Shown here: in pieces, positions 55,136-64,000 of the stretch
How the letters are laid out: each line of letters begins with the position of its first letter
How positions within the stretch are numbered: the stretch's first letter is position 1
Origin: Acidimicrobiia bacterium
Lineage (GTDB): Bacteria > Actinomycetota > Acidimicrobiia > Acidimicrobiales > Bin134
Assembly (NCBI GenBank): GCA_022822905.1
Contig: JAJDYE010000037.1
Location: 38,859-102,858, forward strand
Reading direction: 5' to 3'
Length of the DNA: 64,000 nucleotides
Made by a program: the position numbers and the translations under genes
Notes under the pieces: model-generated
Told to the model about the DNA's origin: nothing
The model's database searches: none
What the model saw: the letters and a program-made list of their open reading frames with translations, nothing else

Positions 55136-56053
55136 ATGCGACGCACTACTCTGCTGGTGTCGGCCGCCATCTGCGTGCTTGCGGTTTCCAGTGCGGGTTC
55201 GGCCGCTGGATGGCGGCAGCAGGACGAGGGGACCTCGGTCGAAACGGAAGACGGCCAGGTGGAGATCGGGGTATGGATCGAAGTGGACATCCCTGGAGTG
55301 TCTGAGCCCGACACAAATCCGGCCAACCCATCGACGCCGCCCTGCTACTTCCAACAGGGCAACTACGCCGAGCTGAACGCCTGGTTGGAGAACGACTATG
55401 TGATCGCCCCCGACCCCGACGAGACCTACGTCTTGAAGCTGTGCCAAACCCAGGCAGGAACGCAGCTCGTCACGTTCTGGGTGTACAAGCCCGCCCCGCC
55501 CCAAGCACCCCTGCCGCCCTCATTGAAGGAGACCACTCGGCTGCGCAACGAGGCCTGGGGCCAGATGACCATCCCCCAGCCGACCACGCGGACCGCGCCC
55601 GGCGAGATCGCCATTGTGCAGCTTCCCACCTATGTGTGGGTGCCGGCCGCCGATCGCGCCCCAGTGTCAGAGACGGTGACCACCACGCTTGACGGCCACG
55701 AACTGACCCTCACCGCCACCGCCACTCCCCGACGGATGGGCTTTCTGCGAATTGCCATGGGCGACGGGGCCACGCTGTGGTGCGACGCCGAGGACGTGGT
55801 GGCTTTCGACCCTGTCCGCGACCCGCTGGACCAGCCATCCAATTGCTACCACTACTACCGCTACTCATCGGTCAACCAACCCGACCTCCGCTACCAAGTA
55901 GTTCTCACTGCTTACTGGGACGTCTCGGTGGCGTGCGTGTTTAACGGCGGCCCTTGCACCAATCCGCCTCCCGCCGTCCCCACCCAAGTGCTCACCGCCC
56001 CACCCCACCCCATCGCCGTGGCCGAGATCCAAGCCCTCGCCGACCCCGCCTAG
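55136..56053 (+). CDS. secreted hypothetical protein
   Basis: Signal peptide MRRTTLLVSAAICVLAVSSAGSAAG. No family was recognised. Confidence 0.6.
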   Translation: MRRTTLLVSAAICVLAVSSAGSAAGWRQQDEGTSVETEDGQVEIGVWIEVDIPGVSEPDTNPANPSTPPCYFQQGNYAELNAWLENDYVIAPDPDETYVLKLCQTQAGTQLVTFWVYKPAPPQAPLPPSLKETTRLRNEAWGQMTIPQPTTRTAPGEIAIVQLPTYVWVPAADRAPVSETVTTTLDGHELTLTATATPRRMGFLRIAMGDGATLWCDAEDVVAFDPVRDPLDQPSNCYHYYRYSSVNQPDLRYQVVLTAYWDVSVACVFNGGPCTNPPPAVPTQVLTAPPHPIAVAEIQALADPA

Positions 56054-56170
56054 CCCGCTTACCCAACAAGCTCGCCGAACCCCCTGGCGACCGCCGGGCT
56101 GTCACCAACGAATCATGGAAAACCAGGTGACAGCCCGGCGGGAGGGGGGTAAAGTAATCAACCCACTCGA

Positions 56171-56244
<74 letters not shown>

Positions 56245-56302
56245 CTAGCGGCTCCATCTCGCCACCCTTGCTACCTGAATTCACGTAGGCTGAGCGATTG
56301 TC

Positions 56303-56734
56303 ATGAGCAAGCGACTCTTTACTTCCAGCCGAGTGGTTCCCGCAGCTCCCGAGGAGATCTTCGCCTTGTTGGCCGACCCGGCCCGCCACGTTGAGATAGA
56401 CGGCTCTGGAACACTTCAAAGGCTCATCGCCGGTCAGGGGTCCATGAAACTGGGGTCGAAATTCAGGATTGCCATGAAGGCGTACGGCTTCCCCTACAGA
56501 GTGACCAGCAAGGTGGTGGAGTACGAGGAGAACCGGCTCATCGCCTGGTGCCACTTGGTCAAAAACCGCTGGCGCTTTGAGCTGGAGCCCGTAGAGGGCG
56601 GCACCCGGGTAACCGAGTCGGCTGACTACAGAGATATCCGATTCCCGCGCCTCACCATGAGGTTGATCAAAGACGACCTCATCGAAGGCTCCATCGCCAC
56701 CACCCTGGACAACCTCGTTAAGCGCTTCTCTTGA
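56303..56734 (+). CDS. SRPBCC (polyketide cyclase/dehydrase-like) family protein
   Basis: 143 aa. ..APEEIFALLADPARHVEIDGSG... and ..WRFELEPVEGGTRVTES.. are typical of SRPBCC ligand-binding folds. Confidence 0.7.
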   Translation: MSKRLFTSSRVVPAAPEEIFALLADPARHVEIDGSGTLQRLIAGQGSMKLGSKFRIAMKAYGFPYRVTSKVVEYEENRLIAWCHLVKNRWRFELEPVEGGTRVTESADYRDIRFPRLTMRLIKDDLIEGSIATTLDNLVKRFS

Positions 56735-56843
56735 TTATCTGAGCCTGCCTCGCCTTGTGCGGGCTCTCTCGGAGCGGTCATGTCGCTTCCTCCGTATCGA
56801 AGGTGTTCACCCGGGGCGGTGGTCAAGAGGCCACTAGGGTGAT

Positions 56844-57639
56844 TTGGTGGACGATGACGGGGCTGTCTACGACGACGACTTCTGCCTAGCCAATGGGATG
56901 GTTGGCGAGGCGCTGACCATTCCGTCGGCCAATCCCAAGAACTTCTATCAGGCCAATTCCGACACGGCGGCGATGCCGCGCCTATACCTGTGGGCCAAGC
57001 TCTTTGTGCCCGATGGAGCTGGGCCATTTCCGGTGGTGATCGTCGTTCCCGGCAGCTTGGGCCTTCAGTAGCATCACCTGTCCCACACGGCGACGATCAC
57101 CGATGCCGGAATCGCAGCATGCGCCATTGATCCCTTCGGCCCCCGGGGCGTCGTTTCCACGGTGGACAATCAGATCCAGTACTCCATAGCGGCCAGCGCC
57201 TGGGATGTTCTGGCCGCCGCCGAGTTTCTGGCGACCCGACCCGAAATCGACGCCTCGCGAATCGGAGCGCAAGGCCACAGCCGCGGTGGCTCCGCGGTGC
57301 TGAGCGCGGCGTCCGTGCATTTGGCCGCAGCGGCCAACGCCCCCAAGCTCGCAGGCGTGTACGCCGCCTACCCCTGGTGCGGCCACCAATTCCTCAACCC
57401 CACCGTGGGTAGCACACAGGTCCGGGCGATCATCGGAGACCTCGACGACTGGTGCTCACCCACCCAGGTCCAGGCCCACATCCAAGCCATCCAGGTCGCT
57501 CGACGGCTTCCTCTACGCCGCCAAAGCCGGCTTCGCCACCCGCGGCGCCCACATCGCCGGAACCCCCGACCTCGCCCCCCTCTTCGTAGAAGACATGATG
57601 ACCTTCTGGACCGCTGTCATGTCCCCGAACACGCACTAG
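56844..57639 (+). pseudogene. dienelactone hydrolase-family gene with an in-frame TAG and a downstream frameshift
   Basis: ..GPFPVVIVVPGSLGLQ*HHLSHTA..IDPFGPRG...GAQGHSRGGSAVL (nucleophile elbow) is all in one frame, interrupted by TAG at 57069-71. The C-terminus (..SLDGFLYAAKAGF..TFWTAVMSPNTH*) is in a different frame. Confidence 0.7.
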
Positions 57640-57644
57640 GGCTG

Positions 57645-58442
57645 CTACCAGAGTTCGTCTAGGTATTGGGTGGTGCCGGGGATGGTGGGGATGAAGGGGG
57701 CGGCTAGCTCTAGGCGGGCGCCTTGGGCGGCGACGTCGTCGGCGAGGGTGGTGAAGGTGTCCCAGCAGTGTTCGGGGTCTTGGTCGCAGAAGTAGAGGCG
57801 GAGGACTTCGGGGTGTTCACCGGTGAGGGGTGGGAGGCCGCCCTCTTTGGCCACTTGCACGAAGTCGATGATCTGGCCGATGGGGCTGCCTTCGGCCAGG
57901 AGCTCCGGGTCGCGTTCGGCCTGCAGAGCTGAGGCGGCGGCAAGAACCGATTCGGTGCTGTCGCCTCTGATCCAGGCCACCACTAGGCCGGCGTAGGGGT
58001 GATCGAGGGCGATCTCAGGGGGGACTGGGGCCGGTCCTCGGCCTGCCGACCCGGCCAAGTCGTAGGCAGCGGTACTGACGTGGTCGCGGTTGGGGTTCAT
58101 CCGGCCCGCGGCGAACAGGTCGGGGCCGACCGAGAACGAGTAGCCGAAGGTGTCGGTGTCGCGCCCCTCCTCCATCCAGTAGAGGGCGATGAATGAGCCG
58201 TTGTCCACCGGATCGGCAACTCCGCCGTCGGCGGGGAAGCGCAGGTCCTTCAGCCGCCTCGGGGCCACGTAGCGCCGGTAGGCGAAGCAGCCCGGCGCGG
58301 CCAGCATGGCGGCATAGGCGTGGTCGTGTTCGTACCAGCGGTTGTACTCGTGCAGCCCTTCGCCGCGGTGCGGCTCGATAAAAGTGATCATCGAGTGGCC
58401 GAGATGGATCTGGCTGCCGACGGCCAGGTTCGTATCAGACAT
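57645..58442 (-). CDS. conserved-looking hypothetical protein
   Basis: 265-aa ORF of ordinary composition with no overlap conflict. No family was recognised. Confidence 0.6.
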   Translation of the reverse strand: MSDTNLAVGSQIHLGHSMITFIEPHRGEGLHEYNRWYEHDHAYAAMLAAPGCFAYRRYVAPRRLKDLRFPADGGVADPVDNGSFIALYWMEEGRDTDTFGYSFSVGPDLFAAGRMNPNRDHVSTAAYDLAGSAGRGPAPVPPEIALDHPYAGLVVAWIRGDSTESVLAAASALQAERDPELLAEGSPIGQIIDFVQVAKEGGLPPLTGEHPEVLRLYFCDQDPEHCWDTFTTLADDVAAQGARLELAAPFIPTIPGTTQYLDELW

Positions 58443-58561
58443 GTCGTCGCCTCCTGTCGATGCCGCATGATACGGGCGAGCCTTGGTTGCGTCCGAAATG
58501 GAGGGTGATCGCCCCTCAAAAGTCGTGTTTTCCCGCGAGGAAGCCGTTGTAGGGTTCGGCG

Positions 58562-59743
58562 GTGGTTTCTGTGAGTCCGTGGCTGCTTGAAGACGGGGTG
58601 CTGCATCTGAACCACGGGTCGTTTGGGGCGACGCCGGCTTCTGTGCTGGAAGCGCAGGAGCGGGTGCGTCGGCGCATGGAGGCCAACCCCACCAGGTATT
58701 TCGTTGGCGACGAATACCAGCACGAGTTGGATTCTGCCCGCCGGGTGGTGGCCGACTTCGTGGGGGCCGATGAGGCGGGGCTGGTGTTCGTGAACAACGC
58801 CACCACCGGCGTGAATGCGGTAATGCGGTCGTTGGAGGCGAGCTTGGCCCCCGGCGATGAGATCCTCATCACCGACCATGAATACAACGCTTGTGTGAAC
58901 GCGGCAGTGGTCTCGGCAGAGCGGACCGGTGCCCAAGTGGTCACTGCCCGGGCGCCGTTCCCGCTGGAGTCCTCCCAGGACATAGTCGATGCCGTGCTCG
59001 GGGCCGTCACCGACCGCACCCGCGTCCTGATGATCGACTCAGTGACGTCGGCAACGGGGTTGGTGATGCCGGTGGCCGAGCTCGCCTCCGCCTTGGAGCC
59101 CGATGTGGCGGTGCTGGTGGACGCAGCCCATGGCCCCGGGATGATCGACTTCGACGTTTCTGCTTTGGGCGTTTCCTACGTGACCGCCAACTGCCACAAG
59201 TGGATGTGCGCGGCCAAGGGCGCGGCGTTGCTCTGGGTTCGGGAGGACCGCCGAGAGGGGGTGTACCCCCCGGTGATCAGCCACGGCTACAACGGCGGCT
59301 GGCCATCGAGCAGCAGCGATTTCCATGCCCAGTTCGACTGGACGGGAACCCAGGATCCCAGCGCCTGGCTCACGGTGCCCGACGCCCTGGACGCGGTGGC
59401 CGCCATGCACCCCGACGGCTGGCCCGGGGTCCGGAAGGCCATTCGGGAGCTGTGCCTGACCGGTCGGGGAATCCTGCTCGACGCCCTGGGCATCGAGCCC
59501 CCAGCACCAGAGGACATGATCGGGTCCATCGCCTCGGTGCCGGTCCCGCCCGCCGACCATTCGGGATCAGAGATATTCGACCCTCTCATGGACGCTCTGG
59601 CCGACAAGCACAACATCCTGGTACCGGTCTTTGCCTGGCCCGACCCGCCCGAGCGCCTGCTGCGAATCTCCGCCCACCTCTACAACGAGGAATCCCACTA
59701 CCGAACCCTGGCCACCGCCCTCCTCGCCGAGCTCAGCGCCTGA
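58562..59743 (+). CDS. class V aminotransferase (isopenicillin-N-epimerase / cysteine-desulfurase-like)
   Basis: ..LNHGSFGATP...NATTGVNAV...DAAHGPG...ANCHKWMCAAKGAA (PLP-Lys). Confidence 0.8.
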   Translation: MVSVSPWLLEDGVLHLNHGSFGATPASVLEAQERVRRRMEANPTRYFVGDEYQHELDSARRVVADFVGADEAGLVFVNNATTGVNAVMRSLEASLAPGDEILITDHEYNACVNAAVVSAERTGAQVVTARAPFPLESSQDIVDAVLGAVTDRTRVLMIDSVTSATGLVMPVAELASALEPDVAVLVDAAHGPGMIDFDVSALGVSYVTANCHKWMCAAKGAALLWVREDRREGVYPPVISHGYNGGWPSSSSDFHAQFDWTGTQDPSAWLTVPDALDAVAAMHPDGWPGVRKAIRELCLTGRGILLDALGIEPPAPEDMIGSIASVPVPPADHSGSEIFDPLMDALADKHNILVPVFAWPDPPERLLRISAHLYNEESHYRTLATALLAELSA

Positions 59744-59797
59744 GTCATCGGACTTGGTCCGTGCCCACCCGGTTATGGAGGTCAGTACATGATGGTG

Positions 59798-60145
59798 TCA
59801 GAGGGCGAGGTGGAGGCGGAGGGCATCGTCGAGGCGGGCCATGAAGTCGACGGGAACCTGGCCGATCAGGCGGCCAACTCGCTCGACGGAGACCGACCGG
59901 ACTTGCTCGGCTTGGGCCTTGGAGTCACGATCGAGACCGGAATCGCCAGCGGTCAGCAGCACCTGAAATGGGTAGACCCGCTCGGTGTTGGTTGTGATGG
60001 GTACAACGGTGACCACTCCGTGTCCCAGGCGGGCGGCTGTGGTATTGGCCTCGTCGTTGCTGACGACTACCGCAGGGCGCGTCCGAGCAGCTTCAGCACC
60101 GATAGTGGGGCTGAGGTTGACGATGCGGATTTCTCCTCGACGCAT
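59798..60145 (-). CDS. mazF: type II toxin MazF/PemK-family endoribonuclease
   Basis: MRRGEIRIVNLSPTIGAEAARTRPAVVVSND...VVPITTN...P..V....G....SKAQAEQVRSVS..R. Confidence 0.88.
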   Translation of the reverse strand: MRRGEIRIVNLSPTIGAEAARTRPAVVVSNDEANTTAARLGHGVVTVVPITTNTERVYPFQVLLTAGDSGLDRDSKAQAEQVRSVSVERVGRLIGQVPVDFMARLDDALRLHLAL

Positions 60146-60150
60146 CGGCG

Positions 60151-60366
60151 TTATGCCAGACCGTCAGAAACGGCGGAGTCCCAAAGATGGCTCTCTTCGC
60201 TATCCCACTGTTCGAAGGCCTCGGCGTAGTCTTGCGCCAGCTCAGATGCCCGCAAAAGCCGGATCGCTCGGTGCAGGGTGGCTGATCGTGAGGCGATTTG
60301 ATGGTTTCGGGCGTAGTCGTCGAGGAACTCCACATCTTCTTCGGGCAGGCTGACACTAACTTTCAT
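60151..60366 (-). CDS. mazE: ribbon-helix-helix antitoxin (MazE-like)
   Basis: MKVSVSLPEEDVEFLDDYARNH... is an RHH N-terminus. The gene lies 5 nt upstream of mazF. Confidence 0.75.
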   Translation of the reverse strand: MKVSVSLPEEDVEFLDDYARNHQIASRSATLHRAIRLLRASELAQDYAEAFEQWDSEESHLWDSAVSDGLA

Positions 60367-60394
60367 ACCGGAAATACTACTAGGGTAGGACTCA

Positions 60395-61174
60395 ATGGAT
60401 TCAGTCCGGTTCAGCTTTGACGGGTCCCAGGCGCTGGCTGCGGTCACGGGTCGTGAGGGTGGCGTGAGCACGGGGGAGCTGGGCAGCCTCAACCTGAGCT
60501 TCGAGGTGGGGGACGACGCGGCGCGGGTTGTCGCCAACCGCAAGGTCGCGGGCGACAACCTCGGCTTCGATTTCAGGGACCTGGTGGTGCCCCGTCAGGT
60601 GCATGGGGTTCGGGTAAAGGTTGTCGGCGAGCAGGACAGGGGTCGGGGGGCCGATCCGGCGGAGTTAGGGGTAGCCGCGTGCGATGCGCTGGTCACCAGC
60701 ACGCCGAATCTCCCAATGGCCGTCTTGGTGGCCGACTGTGCGCCCGTGGTGTTATTCGACCCCGCTCAACCGGCGATCGGCATCGTGCATGTGGGATGGC
60801 GCGGGGCGATCGGGCGCATCGCCCAGAAGGCGATCGAGACCATGGCACGGGAGTTCGATAGTCGTCCGCGAGACATCCAGGCTGGCATTGGGCCGTGTCT
60901 TCAGCCGCTTTCCCTCGAGGTCTCAATGAATGAGGCCATGCAGGCCGAAGGGGAGTTCCACCAGCAACCGGCGGTTCTCTACGACGTGGGAGACAAGCCG
61001 CATCTGGACATCCCGTTCATGGTCAAACAGCAGCTGCTCGATGCCGGTGTGTGGCTCAAGAACATTGAAGACTGTCGGATGGACACTCTGGACGCCCGGC
61101 GCTTCTTCACCCATCGCGGTCAGTCCGGCAGAGCGGGACGTTGCATGGGCGTAGCCATGCTGCGAGCCCCCTAG
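60395..61174 (+). CDS. pgeF: YfiH/PgeF (DUF152) laccase-domain protein
   Basis: ..QVHGVRV...ACDALVT...VADCAPVVLFDP...GIVHVGWRG...GIGPC...DC(R)MDT..RFFTHRG. Confidence 0.85.
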   Translation: MDSVRFSFDGSQALAAVTGREGGVSTGELGSLNLSFEVGDDAARVVANRKVAGDNLGFDFRDLVVPRQVHGVRVKVVGEQDRGRGADPAELGVAACDALVTSTPNLPMAVLVADCAPVVLFDPAQPAIGIVHVGWRGAIGRIAQKAIETMAREFDSRPRDIQAGIGPCLQPLSLEVSMNEAMQAEGEFHQQPAVLYDVGDKPHLDIPFMVKQQLLDAGVWLKNIEDCRMDTLDARRFFTHRGQSGRAGRCMGVAMLRAP

Positions 61175-61185
61175 ACGGCAGGCTG

Positions 61186-62577
61186 TCAGTCGGGGATCAA
61201 GACCCCGGGGTTCATGAGGTTTTGGGGGTCGAGGGCCTGTTTGACGGCTCGCAGGACGCCGATGCCGGCGTCGCCGTGCTCGTCGGCCATCCAGGGGCGG
61301 CGGACGCGGCCGATACCGTGGTGGTGGGCGATTCCGGCGCCGCAGTCGACAGCCGCCTCCATGGCGGCGGTCCAGCAGGCGTCGTAGACCGACTGGTACT
61401 CGTCGGGATCAGACGGCTGAGCGGCGAAGGTGAAGTAGAGGTTGGCCCCGGATTGGTAGGCATGCGAGGTGTGGGCCGTGGCCGCGATCACCGTGGGCAC
61501 CGCACTGATGGCCTCGACGACCGCGGTGTGGAGCCGGGCCAGGTGGCGCCAACCGGTGGCCACCTCGATGGTGTCGGCCACCAGGCCCTGCTCGAAGAGC
61601 TCGGTCCAAGTGGGCACGGTGTTGCGGTGCTCGAACCAGTGGTCCACCGCACCGGGGTCGGCTGGCTCGCCTCCCCCCGCCCGGCACAGCTCGGCCACCG
61701 CCACGGCCTCCAACTCCGCGTGCCCGGGCGGTCCCTCGTGCAGAAAGATGGCCACGCAGCGTCCCTTGGGCACATGGTCGCGGAAGTGGCGGCGTGTCTC
61801 GGCCGCGTCGTAGAGGCGCACCACCGGGGGTCGCCAACCGGGCACGATCACGCTGCGCACCGCGTCGATTCCCGCACTCATGTCCTCGAAGTGGAACGCC
61901 TGGCGCACTCCCGGCTCGGGGAGCGGGCGCAACGAGAAGGTCACCTCGGTGATGATCCCGAGCGTCCCCTCGCTGCCCAACAGCAGCTGGCGCAGATCGG
62001 GCCCGGCCGATGCCCGGGGAGTGGGGCGCGACCGATAGATCGACCCATCGGGCAGCACGGCCTCCACCGAGTAGACGATGTCCTCGATGTTGCCGTAGGC
62101 GGTGGAGTACTGGCCCGACGCCCGGGTAGCCACCCATCCCCCCACTGAGGACACCTCGATCGACTGGGGCCGGTGACCGATGGTGAAGCCGTCTTCCCGC
62201 ACCCGGTTCTCTGCGTCGATCCCCATGGTGCCCGCTCCGAATGCCGCGAGGCCGTCCACCGGGTTGAGCCACCGCAGCCCGCTTAATCGCTCGGTGCTGA
62301 TCACCACCGAGTTGGACGACGCCAAGACACCGCCCACGCAGCCCGATCCGGCGCCCCGGGGAATCATGGGTACCCCGTGGGTCCGGCACAACTGCACGGT
62401 CGCAGCCACTTGTTCAGCTGTCGACGGCATCACCACTGCCTTGGGCAAATGCAACTGCCCCTGCCACTGGTCGAACTCCGAGCGGGGCCAGGTATCGCGG
62501 GCTCGACTTCTGCGGGCATCGTCGTCGAGAAGGAGACCATCGCCCAGCAGTTCAGCGAGCTCGTCGATCAGCGTCAT
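61186..62577 (-). CDS. FAD-linked oxidase (GlcD / alkyl-DHAP-synthase-like)
   Basis: PCMH-type FAD-binding domain ..VVMPSTAEQVAATVQLCRTHGVPMIPRGAGSG..GG.. plus a C-terminal FAD-oxidase domain. The start was trimmed to MTLIDEL. Confidence 0.82.
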   Translation of the reverse strand: MTLIDELAELLGDGLLLDDDARRSRARDTWPRSEFDQWQGQLHLPKAVVMPSTAEQVAATVQLCRTHGVPMIPRGAGSGCVGGVLASSNSVVISTERLSGLRWLNPVDGLAAFGAGTMGIDAENRVREDGFTIGHRPQSIEVSSVGGWVATRASGQYSTAYGNIEDIVYSVEAVLPDGSIYRSRPTPRASAGPDLRQLLLGSEGTLGIITEVTFSLRPLPEPGVRQAFHFEDMSAGIDAVRSVIVPGWRPPVVRLYDAAETRRHFRDHVPKGRCVAIFLHEGPPGHAELEAVAVAELCRAGGGEPADPGAVDHWFEHRNTVPTWTELFEQGLVADTIEVATGWRHLARLHTAVVEAISAVPTVIAATAHTSHAYQSGANLYFTFAAQPSDPDEYQSVYDACWTAAMEAAVDCGAGIAHHHGIGRVRRPWMADEHGDAGIGVLRAVKQALDPQNLMNPGVLIPD

Positions 62578-62656
62578 CAGGCATCTCCCTTGAATTGTCG
62601 GCTGATCAACCAAAGCGGCATCGGCTCAAATCGGATGATGCCAGACAGTGATGTTC

Positions 62657-63217
62657 CTACCAGTTCTTCCAGTAGCGGGAAGGAATGGGGCCAGCTTGGT
62701 CTTGGTACTTGGATCCGGCCTCGGAAGAGCCGTAGGGGTTCTCGGCGGGGGTGGTCATGCGAATGAAGGAGATCTGGCCGATCTTCATCCCGGCGTACAG
62801 GGTGATGGGCAGGGTGGCCACGTTGGACAGCTCCAAGGTGAGGCGGCCGTTCCACCCGGCGTCCACGAACCCGGCAGTGGAGTGGATCAACAGCCCGAGT
62901 CGGCCCAGCGACGATTTGCCCTCCAGCCGGGCCACCAGGTCGTCGGGGATCCGCACCCGCTCCAGGGTGGAGCCCAGCACGAACTCGCCGGGGTGGAGGA
63001 TGAACACCCCGTCGGGTTCGATCTCCACTGGCTCGGTGAGGGCATCCATGTTCTTCTTGACGTCGATGAGCCCCTCGGTGTGATTGCGGAACACCCGGAA
63101 ATGCCGGTCGATGCGCAGGTCGACCGACGAGGGTTGGATGGCGCCGTCGGCCAGCGGCTCGATCTCGATGCGGCCCGCCTCCAGTTCCTTGCGGATGGAT
63201 ACGTCGGAGAGGATCAC
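62657..63217 (-). CDS. dcd: dCTP deaminase
   Basis: [18 protein letters not shown]......IQPSSVDLR...F......[24 protein letters not shown]. Confidence 0.93.
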   Translation of the reverse strand: MILSDVSIRKELEAGRIEIEPLADGAIQPSSVDLRIDRHFRVFRNHTEGLIDVKKNMDALTEPVEIEPDGVFILHPGEFVLGSTLERVRIPDDLVARLEGKSSLGRLGLLIHSTAGFVDAGWNGRLTLELSNVATLPITLYAGMKIGQISFIRMTTPAENPYGSSEAGSKYQDQAGPIPSRYWKNW

Positions 63218-63768
63218 GCTTTGGGGGCGAAGAAGCCGCGCACCAACGGCTCGTAGTGCTCAAGCGGTGGCGTGGGATAGGACGGATCGAACGCAGGCAT
63301 GTCGTACTCGGCGCAGAATTCGGCGCAGCGGTCGTAGTGGGGGTGGTCGGTGTAGGCGTCGCGGCTGTTGCGGTCGAGGCCTACGTGGTGCCAGAAGTAG
63401 TAGCCCTGGAAGACGCCGTGCATCTGCACCATCCAGTGGTTTTCTTCTGACACGAACGGCTTGAGGATGGCCGCGGCCAGGTCGGGGTGGTTGTAGGGGT
63501 TGAGCAGGTCGCCGATGTCGTGGACCAGCGCGCATACCAGGTATTCGTCGTCCCGCCCGGCCTTCTCGGCCCGATGGGTGGTCTGGATGCTGTGGGTCAG
63601 CCGGTCGACGGCGAACCCTTGGGGCCCGGCGGCCAGATCCCGCAGCTCCCGCAGCACACGGTCGGCCAATCCCTGCTCCAGGTAGTGGTGGGCCGGAGCG
63701 GTTGCCGCCCAGTCTTCAGCAGTGGACTCGTCCATGCGGGTGAACGTGGCTTGAGTCAGCGTGGCCAT
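63214..63768 (-). CDS. HD-domain metal-dependent phosphohydrolase/oxygenase-like protein
   Basis: ..[33 protein letters not shown].. contains the H...HD motif. ATGA-type 4-nt overlap with dcd. Confidence 0.7.
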   Translation of the reverse strand: MATLTQATFTRMDESTAEDWAATAPAHHYLEQGLADRVLRELRDLAAGPQGFAVDRLTHSIQTTHRAEKAGRDDEYLVCALVHDIGDLLNPYNHPDLAAAILKPFVSEENHWMVQMHGVFQGYYFWHHVGLDRNSRDAYTDHPHYDRCAEFCAEYDMPAFDPSYPTPPLEHYEPLVRGFFAPKA

Positions 63769-63844
63769 GGCTCAAAGCCTACGGCATGGATATCACTACG
63801 ACACCCCCGCCATGGGCCGTTTTGACCACTACATTGCAGGGCTG

Positions 63845-64000
63845 ATGAGGGCGGTGGTTTTCGAAGGCGGCCAGGCGACAATCGGCGAGGTAGACCACCC
63901 GGAGCCGGGCCACCGGCAACTGCTGGTAGCGGTTCGGGCGGCAGGGCTGAACGGGGCCGACATCGCCCAGGCCCGAGGCGGCTATCCCCCGCCGCCCGGT
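63845..64000 (+). CDS. zinc-type alcohol dehydrogenase / quinone oxidoreductase (MDR family), N-terminal part (3' end outside the window)
   Basis: MRAVVFEGG....GEVDHPEPGHRQLLVAVRAAGLNGADI is a typical MDR N-terminus. Confidence 0.6.
   Translation, partial: MRAVVFEGGQATIGEVDHPEPGHRQLLVAVRAAGLNGADIAQARGGYPPPPG

Noticed and set aside
57069-57071. In-frame TAG in the dienelactone hydrolase gene considered as possible recoding (for example pyrrolysine or readthrough).
   Set aside because: There is no pyl machinery context. The same gene also carries a frameshift, so simple pseudogenisation is the economical explanation.

Overview
This is a densely coding, high-G+C chromosomal segment that looks like Actinomycetota. 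Supporting gene content: two WhiB paralogs, an adjacent PDZ-Lon and UPF0182 pair, a SenX3/RegX3-type two-component pair, OtsA/OtsB, and DUF222/HNH and IS3 debris. No rRNA genes or CRISPR arrays were seen, and there is one tRNA (initiator Met). All family names come from motif recognition by eye; no database search was possible.

Layout:
- 0-2.6 kb: the 3' part of a tyrosine integrase, two whiB genes, tatA and a TIM-barrel isomerase.
- 2.7-12.4 kb: one contiguous phosphate block, ppk1, Nudix, pstSCAB, phoU, histidine kinase and response regulator.
- 12.4-22.5 kb: envelope and morphology genes (MFS, DUF2342-type protease, moaE, an orphan mreB, a HEAT protein, PDZ-Lon, DivIVA-domain protein, UPF0182).
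- 22.5-27.3 kb: the most unusual part, all on the minus strand. It holds four paralogous small 2-TM proteins. Three of them begin inside a conserved G-rich/C-rich hairpin that is partly built from their own N-P-P-P-H codons. Two 242-nt spacer elements differ at only 6 positions, and a third partial copy is present. There is also a 714-aa secreted Cys/His-rich protein with an FN3 domain that carries a 99-bp tandem repeat and a visibly low-GC internal patch, plus a frameshifted helical protein.
- 27.3-31.5 kb: decayed mobile and defence material (a DPPY methylase fragment, HicAB, an IS3 3' remnant truncating a secreted protein, a DUF222 fragment).
- 31.5-39.4 kb: a cupin, two ABC-2 exporter pairs and dppBCDF.
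- 39.4-43.3 kb: a lower-GC insert on the opposite strand that separates the dpp permease genes from their substrate-binding protein gene. It carries MerR/DUF433, a truncated DUF5615, a DprA-like protein, a frameshifted zinc-ribbon protein and a GIY-YIG nuclease.
- 43.3-64 kb: mostly housekeeping and metabolic genes (otsA, otsB-GH15 fusion, arylsulfatase, aminotransferase plus C-N hydrolase, MFS, tRNA-fMet, SRPBCC, a decayed dienelactone hydrolase, MazEF, pgeF, an FAD oxidase, dcd, an HD protein).
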